A model generated the notes under the pieces. It did no database searches and was not told the DNA's origin. It saw only the letters and a list, made by a program, of their open reading frames with translations. A DNA stretch of 64,000 bases from Lenisia limosa (lineage: Eukaryota; Protista; Breviatea). The stretch is from contig LPNZ01008239.1 of assembly GCA_001655205.1 (NCBI GenBank), positions 5,711 to 69,710 of the forward strand, given 5' to 3'. Positions 52,544-64,000 of the stretch are shown in pieces. Each line of letters begins with the position of its first letter. Within the stretch, counting starts at the first letter, position 1. The translations under genes and the position numbers were made by a program.

Positions 52544-53325
52544 CTTAACAAGAGTCAATCTCAATTGCAATCTGCATCATCACACAACTGTCCTTTTTCT
52601 TTATTTTTTATTCCTTGATCCTGGAGAGTCGGGAAATCCAAGGGGAATCTCAACAAAGTTTTTCCCCTCTTGTTCCCAGCTCACCTTTGATAGTTTCTTT
52701 TCAGCTTCTGCTCCTCCTCGTGGATCAGGATCAGGATTAGTGAGTCGTGAAGATGTCAGCTGTCCCGTTTGTTGTATTATTATTAAGTTATTGAGTGAGT
52801 TATATCAATGAAAAAAAAACACTGTTGTTGGGGAACAATGTTGGTGGAGCATCAATCAAATGAGACAGAAAAGTTACGCCGCCGTATGGAATTGAGAGGA
52901 ACGCTGCGGCACGGCAACGGGAGATGAGAGCTGGATAATGAGAGGTGGATGGGAGCTACGCTAGACGGAGGGAGAGACAGAGGAGGAGTTGGTGACGAGT
53001 TGCAGAGGAATTGAAAATCTAAAGGATTCATCCGCCGCCGGATTTCTATAGGCGAGCGTACGAGCACGCAAATCGCACGCAAACACACAAAACGAAAAAA
53101 AAGAAAGTTGGAAAGTTTGTCTAGAGTTCAGCATTTCAAGTTCAAGTTCAAGTTCAGCAGTCCAGCGCCATCATACATACATTTATAATATTTAAACGAT
53201 GAAACGATGAATATGCGATGAATATCTATCTACCTCTCTTCTATCCACTAGGTGTCCACTAGTGATCCACAACTAAAAAAACAAAAGAACAGCAATAATC
53301 TGAACCCTTTCTTCAGAGACTAAAT

Positions 53326-54530
53326 ATGGGTTTGCCCGCTTTAATCTCTTCTTGATAACTCCTTTAGAATCGTCATCTCAAAAGTAGGCTTGATAGATAC
53401 TTTGGCATCATTATCAACCTGTATATATTTATATGACTAGACTTGAGGATTTATTCCAAAAGGACCTTGTCAAGTACTGCGATTTGGTACAACGAGAAGA
53501 GAACCTGTTTGCTGTTGTTTCTAACTTAGGGGAGTGGCCATTCAAGAGATTGGAGTTCTTGGGTGGACTGGTGGTTATGCTGCTCAATGTTTGCTTGGGA
53601 TTCAGAGGTTTATGCATAATTTTTCTTTGGGCTCATCAACGCAGCGTATACGAATAGAAGTGGTACGCTGTCAAAAATTATCAACTTGGTCAATAATGAA
53701 GCTTATCCTATCCACCTACAACTTGTTGGTGGGGTTCTGTATGGGGCCTTCAATTTTCCCTCCTTTTCATTCCAACAATAACCCATTCTAGACAGCTATT
53801 CAGTGTTTGACAACTTTGGTCCGAAACCACAGACCAAACCAAGGTGAGATGAGGATGACTGATAGTAACTACTTTTTCTATTTCTGATTTCAAAAAGTGA
53901 CGCTAATTCCTCACCTCTAGAATTAGCAAAGTCCTCTGGGCTAATAGGGAATCTTGCTGCTCTCCTCGAATCTCAGCATGAAGAGACAGTTTGCTTGAGC
54001 TACTTCATTCCTCATACTTGTGAAAATTGTGACAAGTTAAATATTTTGATCGAATAATATTATCTTTTAGAGAAAATGGGGTGCCCATTGCCTTCTCTTT
54101 ACAATTAGTGGGAACAGTTCCTGTCAAGCCACTGCGATGAAAGTGCCCAATTTGAAAGTATGTGTTTCAATTGTATTTTCAGTTTCAAGGCCTATGAATA
54201 CCCTTTTCCAGATGTGATAAGATAAAATCACACTAAAAAAAATGACCTTTCCAAACAGTCCTTTGGTGTATAGTTGCACATATCTACTCGTCTCAGCCCT
54301 CGTGAATGGTCTTGAATTATTTTATTTAATTATTTATGGATGCTCAGAGGGAGGAACGAGGCTCATTACATTTTTGGTGATCCTTTGTCTTAGTTTATTC
54401 ATTATAGTAGTTGTGTTAAAACTCCTCTTATTTCTTGTAGCGATTACTCACTGATGTGTCTCGAGATGACTGGTACTATTGGACTGTAAACGACGCATAT
54501 GAGATCCAAAAGCTCCTCCAATGGGCTTAA
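53326..54530 (+). CDS. ARMH2: Small armadillo-like helical protein, ARMH2-like
   Basis: Exons GVAIQEIGVLGWTG, AIQCLTTLVRNHRPNQELAKSSGLIGNLAALLE and terminal RLLTDVSRDDWYYWTVNDAYEIQKLLQWA*. These resemble human ARMH2 (AAQKIGLLAFTGG; LAAENWSGWTENFAEVL) as recalled. The 5' exons are tentative. Confidence 0.55.
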
Positions 54531-54675
54531 TACCATTGGGCTTCATCTATGGATGGATTTGCCTTGAACAGGAAATAATGGTGTCCTGTTGTTTCTCTTG
54601 TATTGGGAACATTAAATAGATGAATCAATACAAGTAACTTACAACCAAACTACACACTATACAATACCTAAATTA

Positions 54676-57600
54676 TTACATCATTAACTCATTGGGGGAT
54701 AATTGGTCGAAGTTTCCAGGGCCTTGGCTGTTCAGAGCATTCTCGAACTTTGAGCAAGTGTCCAACACACACTCCAGTTCATCATAGAGCTTATCTCTCT
54801 CATCTGGATAATTAGCGGCCAATTACATGTGTTAAGGGTAAATACAAGTTCACTCACTAGCAATAGCGATGACTTCGGCTTCGAGAGCGGTCACCTGGAG
54901 GGTAAGTTTTTTTTACAATGCGATTTGGAATAATGATTCAATTAGATAACACAATGCATGTTGCTATTGATTATGTCCATTCACATCTGTCCCAAAAAAA
55001 AGACAGAATTACTTAATATCGATATTATAGTATAGGTGAAAACTGATTAAGAGATGTTTATGATACCTGAGCTCGAAGAGGCGCCACTTCTCCAGCAGTA
55101 GCCCGCAAAAGGGACGACTCTGCCTCTAATGAGTTCACGGCTCGTTGTGAGACTGCTGCAACTTCCTGAAAGAATAGTAGATAAAAGAAATATCAGAAGC
55201 AGCTAACCTCAGTATTCATCACAGAATGCCTCAGTTCTCCAGCCTCATCCAGTAATAAACTTGCCTTCTTTCGACTATCGTCAATTTCCTGAGTCAACTC
55301 TTCGTTATCACCTTCCAATTTCGAAACCCTGTCAGTTAAGTGTTGAATCTGATTATCTTTGATATTGAGGGAAAACTGGTTAACGAAACAAGGAACTTCT
55401 GACTCCTCAGCTGAAGACGACAATTGGAGTTGTAACTGTGAAAGAGCGGCCTTCAGGCAATTGTTTTCTTCAGCCAGTTCCTTGAGAGTATTTTTTGACT
55501 AATAAACACTAAATAAAAACGTTTTCGAGCTGATCTGTTACAGCTTGAACAATTTCTTCCATTTTTGAAATCTCCAATTCATGAGTCTCGTTTGTGGTTC
55601 TTAGAAGTGATGGTTTTGTTCAAATAGCTTACTGTTGGATTGATTTGGAAACTTGTTCAACTTCTCGCAGTCGTGACAACAAGCTTGCTTCCGCTTCTTG
55701 ATGTTGAACAACCAATTCTGTCTAAAAAAAATATAAAAACAAACTAAACACCTCCTGAATACAATAAAACACGAGAGCCCAAAACCTTCTCATAACGGAA
55801 CTCTTCAAAAAGTGCCTCCTTTTGTTCAATGGCTAAATTCTGATGAAGATAAACTCAGAAAAGAGGTAACTCTCACCTTTAAGTTGTTAATAGTTTGTTT
55901 CATTTCCTCATTTTCTGTCTGAGCATTATCGAGCTTTGCTTGAATTGAGTTTAAGGCGTTCTAAAGAATTTTAAACATTGAGCACATGTTATGTATAATT
56001 GACATAATCTAAATAAATGCTTCCTACCTGAAGCTTGAAGGATTTTTCGGTTTCCTCTGAAAGCAACGATTCTTGGTTTGTCATATTTTTTGAATATTGC
56101 TCATCTGAAGAAACAATCTTTGTTTTAAGGGTTGAAACATGCGTTTCATAGTGTTGTTCTGCGAGGTTAAAGGTGTGTCACATGTTCAAATAAGCGAGGT
56201 GGAATCCCAACCAACTCATTTCTTCACTTCTAAGGGCTGCAGCTTGCTTTTCAGCCTCAAGCTCTTCGGTGTGAATAGTTCTGAGATCATCGATAAGGGA
56301 GAGGGACTCGGACAGCTGTTGTTCATTGGACTTTCGCTGGTTGTGCTCTTCCTTGAGAGCCTGTGTTTTGGCTTTGAGACTCTCGCGAATGATCTGAACA
56401 TCTTGCTTGATGGTCTCAATCACCTAAAATGTGAGAAACTATTGACAGGGAGATTCCATAAAAGTCAAAAACAACGGTTTTTTCACCAGTTCATAGTTTA
56501 GGGGGTCCACTACAAAAAACCTACCTTTTCCTTCGTCTTGACATCCACAAGTAACAGGGCATTGCGCTCATTAACTACACTTAAGGAATTTTTCAGCTCA
56601 TTTAGATCATGGCTTATTTTTTCTAAGGCCTCTGTCTTTGTGTCTGCCCTTTGCTTGTGGCGTATAATGTCTATCTCGAGCTGTGACTTCTGGAAAAGGT
56701 AAATACAACCCAATTCAAAATAGATGAAATAAGGTAAGTCACCCACTTCTTTTTGAAATATTGACTTTACTTCTTCGATTTTAATAGCGTTCAAAGTATC
56801 TTTTGAAGTCAAGGCATCCTAAATAATTGGATAAACAAGGCTAGCCAAAAAAGTAAAAATGTATTTTTGACTCCCCGGAAGGTGACCAACCGAATACTCT
56901 ATTCCAGCTGTTTTGAGTTCAGATTTAAGCTTTTGGATCTCTATTGAATGATCAAGAACAAGCTGCTTCTTTTGGGTTTCTTCATCATAGGTCAACTGCT
57001 TCTTATGAGACTCAAAATCATAAAAGAGGTCCTTTTTCTGCGTTTCTAAGTCAGCAATGATAATGTCTTTCTCCATGACAAGCATCGTCTTTTGAGACTC
57101 AAGTTCGTTTTGAAGCTCCTTCTTTTGTGCTTCAAAAGTGGAAATAATACTTGTTTTCTCTTTCGAGAATCAGGTTAATAGCAAAAACAAACTCGAGTTT
57201 TAAGGTATTTATTTCCTCTTTAGATTTGGTAAGGTTGTTGTCGAGGGCGTTTTTGACTTCTTTAAGAAGGGAAGAAACCTAAAGAGTAAATTAATAAGAA
57301 TTACTCATAATCAGCGAAAAACATTAAGGGCATACTTGCTGGAATGACTCTTGCGCTTGAGCAACTTCTTCTGACAGCTGCGTTACCTGCTGCTGAGACT
57401 CCTCATATTCATCCTAAAAACAATAAACCAAAAAGATACGTAAACCAACAGATTTCTGCTCAAGTTTGTCTTGCTTGTCTTGAAGATTCAATTGGCAGGA
57501 TTCAATTTCGACAGCTAATTCTAAGAGACTATTAGCTATGCTCAAAAAAAGGTCTTGTATTGGATTTAAGGTTTAACCTGAATTGGTGGTTATAACACAA

Positions 57601-60600
57601 ACCTCCGATTTCTAGAACTAAAGATTCATTTTTGGCTGTCAATTCATCGACTCGAGTGTTGGCATCTAAAGTAAAATCAAGGTGGTGGAACTAACAAACC
57701 GTTGAAATCATCCAATAGCTTCTTGAATTTCATCTCTTGCTCGGATCTAAGTGCGGCAGCTTGGTTTAGATCACGTTGCAAACTAGAATGTTTAATGAAC
57801 ATTTTCCAATCAAAGATACCTTTCAACTTGTTGGGTTAAGAAGTTGTTGTTTTCTGTGAATTCGTTTTGGAGTTTTTCACAGATATCCTTCGCTTCTTCA
57901 GCAACGATCTTGCGATCAATCGATTGCTAGTTTAAAGTGAGTTTAAAATTATCCATTCTACACAACTGGCAGATTATGAGGGAAAAGAGCAGAACACAAA
58001 GCCATATTATAACCGATTCTGTTTGCCAAAACAAAAATTGAATCAATAACCTACCTTCATCTCAAGGTCATGAAGAGCGGATTCCAAACAGTCAACCTGG
58101 GTTCTAGATTGAGCAAGCTGCTTTTCAAGATAGTTGATGGCCGCTCGGGCCGCACCTAAATCACCATGCTTCTCTTCCAACTCTAAAAACATATAAACGT
58201 TTCAAAAATATTGCATGGAATTTTAAAAAAATTCAAGCCAAAAGTTTGTTACATTTTTGGTGTAATACTATATGATATGCATATGGTATAGTATATACTA
58301 TATACCTTATTTCTAATGATTGTATTATTGTATTTCTTTAAACAAACCTTTGGTTGTTTCAGCGGCATGAGAAGCAGCGGTTTCAAGAGACTCTGACCTA
58401 AGCAGTAAGAGTATTACTCGAGTGTATACAAACCTCAAAACTGCGGCGTTCAAAAGTGCTGTGGTTTTCAATAGAATTCCCTAATTGAATTAAAAAACAG
58501 ACTTTCATCATATTATTTTTTTGAAGGAAAAAACTTGCATTCCAACATTCATATCTTCACAAGTGGTTTGAAGATCAGCAGCTCGTTTTTGGCTCTGCTT
58601 ATGTGCCTGGAGGATCATAATGGAAATTCAGTTGAATGACAAAAGAGAAAAGTCACAAGAATGAAAAGAAACCACATTTTACCTCCTCAATCTGTGACGT
58701 TTGGTTCTTTGTTTTCACGAATCGGATCTTAAAAAAAGGTAAGATTATAGTAACATAACAGTAAATATGGGAAGGAAAAAAAAAGAGCTTTTTTTCTGAA
58801 TAATAAAAATAATAATTTGTTTACCTGAGTGGATTCATCCTTTTGAATCATTTCCTTGATGATTTGTTGAAGTTCAACATTTTTCGACTCCAACACCGAA
58901 TACTACAGATAATAAACCAACAATTAAGCAGGACAAAGAGGAAAAAGAGAAAAGTCATCATACTTTGTTCTGCATTTCTTTGTTTAACTTCTGGAACTGT
59001 TTGAGAGTCTTTTTCATATGTGCGTCCGACTGAACCTCATTCTCCAATTGGTGCACCTAAAGGTATTATTGACAAACAAAACTACAACCACATACCATCT
59101 GTTCAAGCTGGTTTCCCCTTGTAGTTTCCTGCTGAGCAATATCAACCGCCTCATTCACTGACGCTTCCAATATAGCATGACGCTTGGTGAGGCTCTTACT
59201 CTCATCTGAAGGTCAGAAAGATAACATCAGTATTGAGAAAGTTGATTGTAATGACCCACTTTTCAGGGAAGCGAGCTTGCTTCTTAAGGCATTGACCTCC
59301 AGTTTAGCGTCATTGTAAAGTTGAACCTGGTTCTCCAGACGGGACTTGCTTTTGTCAGTCTAGTATGTGAGAATTTGAGCGCTAAAGGAAAAGGCAGCGT
59401 GACAGACTTACACAACAATATTATCCATATGATATATTAGTCACATATGATTGAGAAAATATGATTATCTAGTATTATATCTTAAATATTACAATAATGC
59501 AATAGAAAACAAAACAAAAAAAAGCAAACTTCCTTCTGAGACTTCAAACATTCGCGCTCAAGTGTTTGGATTTGAGACTGAAGGGTTTCAATCGCTGTGG
59601 TGCTCTGTTTCAGGTCCATCTCGCTGATGAGAGTCTTCTCTTTCGATATCTAAAGATAACTTAGTTATTCACTTGTGTAACTATTACCAGCTCGGGACCA
59701 ACGGGAAGCCCCGCTACACATTGAGTACATTCATTCTTTTACAAAAATCAAGATTGTTTGCTTCCCTCCAACCTGGTTTTGCTGTTGTAGGTGTGAAACA
59801 GTCAACTCTGCCATGTGGTTCTTGGAAGACTCTTCTGCATGGGCCATTTTCAGTTGGGCCATTTCATCCAATTTTCGGAATTAACAAGAAAGCAAACCTT
59901 TCCAATTTGGATACGTCTTTCTGTGAATTATTTTTTGCATTTGTATACTCCTCTTTCAACCTATTCAATTCTGATTGACACAGCTTGTGTTCAGCTGTAA
60001 GCTCAGCTTGCTTTTCTCGTACCGAAGCCAGCTCCTCAGATATCTAAAATGTTGAAATCATGGGAACACGCAAAAAATCCTTGACATTCCATACCACATA
60101 CCTTTTCACCCTTCAAACGCTCGGCTGAAAGTGCGTCATCCTTCTGAGCATTTTCTCCTTGAAGCAGCGAGTAGTTTTGTCCTAGAACCTCCAATGACAT
60201 TTGGAGATGTGAATTCTCCTGGCGCATAGACTCCACTCTAGCTTCTGTAGTTCTGACCTCCTCAATCAGATCTTGATAGGCCTGTCTGTAGCGTTTGACT
60301 TTTGAGACGTTTTTAGTCAGGTCTCGATCACGGTCAATGGCTTGCTGTTGATAAAGAACGTGGGTCTAAATGGTCAAATGATGTTGCAATCATGAGCCGA
60401 ACTATCCCATTCATTAGTTGCATATTCAATTCAATAGGATCTTCTTTTCCAATGGACAAATATCATCATGAAGATAATTCACCTTTCACAGAGCACCCAC
60501 CCCCTCGCTTCCAATAACTTTTCAACATCCACATACGTCCTCAAATTGTTGTTTCTCAATTTGAAGGTTCATAATGACATTCTCCAACTCTCCAAATCTC

Positions 60601-63600
60601 TCGTCGTTATCATTTCGATCAGCTTGCTGGTTCTCTATGTATTGTGAGATTTATTTGAATATATCCCACAGAATAGTTCCTAATTCAAACAAGATTTTCC
60701 TTCCTACCAATAGTATCAGTTGCTGTGGAAAGAAGGTGATTTAGTTGTTCGTTGGATAAGGTGATCTGAAATATTATAATTTAAATAAATTTCATTTCCT
60801 CAACACATTATCACACGTTTCCCTCTATATTAACCAACTGATTGAAGCTCGTTTTGAGCGGCATCTAGGCGGTCTACCGTCCCCTGATTCTGCTCCTCAA
60901 GACAAATAATCCGCTACAAAGTGAAAACGACAGCAGGGTTATTGTAAGAACGCCAGAAATACCTGAATCATGAATATGTCACGATGAAGTGCATTTTGTA
61001 ACATGACCTGATATTCTTGGGTTGTGTCTTCCTTCTGAACTGGCTGAAAAATGTGTGAAAATAATGGAAATTTAATAGGAAAACTGTTCTCATCTCATTG
61101 TAGAGAAAACCACTCTCACTGTTTTAGAAGTCAAGTGAATCTGCTCGAAGAGGGATTGTCGTAACTTGTAAGACTAATGGGTGAGGAGATTGGAAATAGA
61201 TTGATATCTCAAGAAGTTGGCTGAAATAAAAAGTTCTTCAAAAGATAAGTAGGATAGGCATTATTACTTATTTTAAAAATTTGAGGTGTTCAAAATTTGA
61301 CTCACCTCATTTCTGAGCTCGTGCACTGCTCTGACCCTTGCAGTTTGGTTTGGTTCCTAAAAGAAAAACCGTATTAAAGTGGGAAAAAGCAGTATTAGAC
61401 ACTGTTTCCTACAAAACAAGTCAACTTACTTTCGGTTTTTCTATTTTAAGAATACTGACCACTTTTTCAATTTCATTGCATGAAGTTCTAGATTTCTGAA
61501 GCATGGAGCTTAGAAGCGATATGTGATGTTCGTAGCGGTCCTTTTTAGCCTGGATATTTTAGGGCTGCAGTCACAGCTCATGAAAAAAAGCCCATTCGGA
61601 CCTCAACTTGCAGCATTAGCTGTCTCGCCTTACGGAATGCTTCAGACGTCTGCTGTGTGGGTTCGGCTAACTAATTGTTTTTATCAGTTGGTATATTTAT
61701 GATTGGTAAATATGCCAATTTGGATCAATTAGATAGAGCCTGTGAGATCATAAAATTATGTTGTCAGGTATTCAATGAATAACCTGTCCTTGCTATTGAA
61801 AGGGAGACAAAATACTCACCAGGATATCCTCCATTTTGCCTTGTGGGGGAGGAGGCTCATTGTTTTGAAGGGAAATATTCTATTATGTNNNNNNNNNNNN
61901 NNNNNNNNNNNNNNNNNNNNNNNNNNNNNNNNNNNNNNNNNNNNNNNNNNNNNNNNNNNNNNNNNNNNNNNNNNNNNNNNNNNNNNNNNNNNNNNNNNNN
62001 NNNNNNNNNNNNNNNGAAGAATGTCCTTTTCGTTTCTCAATTTATTCATAAATCCCTAAGATTGTCACATTAATCTGTCTCAAAAAGAAACTCAAGTAAC
62101 AGCACTAATCGAACCTCAGTGTGGGATGTTGAAGTTTGAAGCTGTGATAGGAAAGAACTTATCACTTCCCTGGCCTTCACTATTCTCTGTACAGTCATTT
62201 TTTTTTTAAAAAAAAGAACAGACAGTGATGAAAAGACTTTAGTATACCTTCATCCAAATGCTGTTGTGTTTGTACACTCTCTTTAGCACGCGAATTGTTT
62301 CGTCAAGATCAATTCTGTAATGGTCAGTAGTATTTTTAGGTATCATGATCCAGATGACCCAATGTACTCAAGTTCTTTCTTCTGATATGCTATTTGCTGG
62401 CAGTCTTCAAGAACTAAAAAAGTAAAAAAAAAAAAAAAAAAAAAAANNNNNNNNNNNNNNNNNNNNNNNNNNNCCTCACAAACCCAAGTCATATCTTTCA
62501 TTTTCTTCCCTTTTCTGATTTTCTAGCTGCTGAAGTTGGGCTTGGCATTCATCAAGATCTTGGTAAACAGAATGGTCAATGGGCTCGGGAGCTTTTTGGC
62601 TGTCAAGCTGTTTCTGAAGAGTTACACTCAATTCAAAAATCCAACCCTAAGCTCGACAATGGTGGCTTTGAGCCCTTCACTCTCGGCTTTTGCATTGAGA
62701 AGCTCAGCCTCAAAGTTTCGGAATGTTTCTTGAGAAGAATTCTAGAACACAATCAGGGGTATTCTAAAAAGAAAAAGTAAGCTAATGCTCACCGAATCTT
62801 TAGCAACAGATGAAAGTTCTTCTTTCATTCTCTCGATCTCTTGAACTAAACTATAAACGAACAAAAACTAATCACAATTCTGATTCAACACAATACACAT
62901 CACTCACCAAAGACTACAGTTTTGTTTTCTGATTCTCTTTGAGTCTGTTTCAAACTCTCAGACTCCATCTCGAATTGCTGCAATGATGAGACATATACAA
63001 CGAAGACAGATTCCATATAATATAATATATATAGTATATATTCCTTCTGGATATCATTATCAACAAACCTCAACATCGAAGAGAGAACTTTGTAACTGCC
63101 CAGAAAGGTGGTCTTTTTCGAGCTCCAGTTTGGTTATTGTTGTATGAAGCTCAGATCTTTCCCCTTCCAGCGCTGAAATAGCACTGTCCATCTCAGTAAT
63201 CAGTGAACGTTGCTTCTCATTCTCATTCTCAAGGAGCGTTCTTTGACCATCATTCTCATTTTGCTGACGATTGTTTCCTTCTCTTAGTTCGTGAATTTCC
63301 TTTTCAAGGGACTCAACCTAAAAATAAAGATAAAATGGCCACTTAGAAGAATATTCCAGGACGTTTTCTTACCTGGCGTTGTGAAAGGACAAGCGATTCT
63401 TGAAGGTCTTTTTGACTACCCTGCAATTGACTAACGCTGGATTGAAGAATGTTGTTATCATGTTCATACTGCAGAATCATCTTCTGTGCTTCAAGCACCT
63501 CTTCACTATTTTCATTCTGCAAAATTAGAAGTTGAAGGTTGAGTTCCTGTTCTGGGATATGAGGTATAGAGGAGAAAAAAAAAATACCAAAACTCACCAA

Positions 63601-64000
63601 TTTTAGATCAGCTTCTTCAGCTACCTTCTGCATTGCAGCGGTTAAGCCCTCCACTTGAGAAGCGAGATCATTGCTTTCAAAAGTAATTTCTTTGATTTCT
63701 AGAAAATAAATTATTGATTGAGACTGGTCCATCCTCAGAAGGTATAAAAGTGCAAAAAATATCAGGAGGTTACCTTGACGCAGCTTTTGATTCTCTTTTT
63801 CAAGATCTTTATTCCTCCTTATCTGCAAATCAGTTGGAAGGAAACACAAAAAAAAGAGTAAATGTAGTACTCGTTGCCTACTACGATCTCACGGTCATCA
63901 ACCCAAGCCTGTAAATCAGAATTGGCAGAAGAAGGCATCTTGAAAATATGTTTCCTCAACTTCTTCTCCTCCTCTCCTGTCTTTCGCGCTCCTAGAACTA
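54676..64000 (-). CDS. Very long coiled-coil protein (golgin/centrosomal-like), 5' end beyond the window
   Basis: Dozens of E/Q/K/L/S-rich heptad exons on the minus strand, e.g. LTDRVSKLEGDNEELTQEIDDSRKK and MESMRQENSHLQMSLE. It ends ...DQLSPNELMM* (TAA 54676-54678). No globular domain was recognised, and it could be more than one gene. Confidence 0.7.

Noticed and set aside
1594-62073. Listed ORFs containing X runs and most 60-150 aa ORFs in the track
   Set aside because: They are artefacts of N gaps, antisense frames or exon-plus-intron read-through and are not independent genes.

Overview
Eukaryotic nuclear DNA from an intron-dense genome (exons mostly 40-150 nt, degenerate GTNNG donors, many N gaps), so the supplied ORF track is largely uninformative and I built genes by manually joining exons. 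About 14 multi-exon genes can be traced: a Munc13-like/DUF810 protein (3' part), PrimPol, a hypothetical protein followed by or fused to a bacterial-type YgbA domain, RalGAP-alpha-like, STRAP, a possible divergent DH-PH protein, a triple-SH3/coiled-coil adaptor, LTV1, LIS1, a divergent Sar1-related GTPase, RABL2, a divergent SMC4-like protein, an ARMH2-like protein and a very long coiled-coil gene running off the window. RABL2 suggests a flagellated microbial eukaryote. The main observations are: (1) an intron-containing YgbA (NO-stress-linked) gene of likely bacterial origin; (2) strict +/- alternation of every traced gene; (3) an intronic ~100-bp MITE family, with one copy nested in a larger inverted-repeat element; (4) recurrent self-complementary AT-rich pentamer tracts in introns. 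All family assignments are from remembered motifs, not database searches. Exon boundaries are approximate. No rRNA, tRNA or CRISPR array was recognised.
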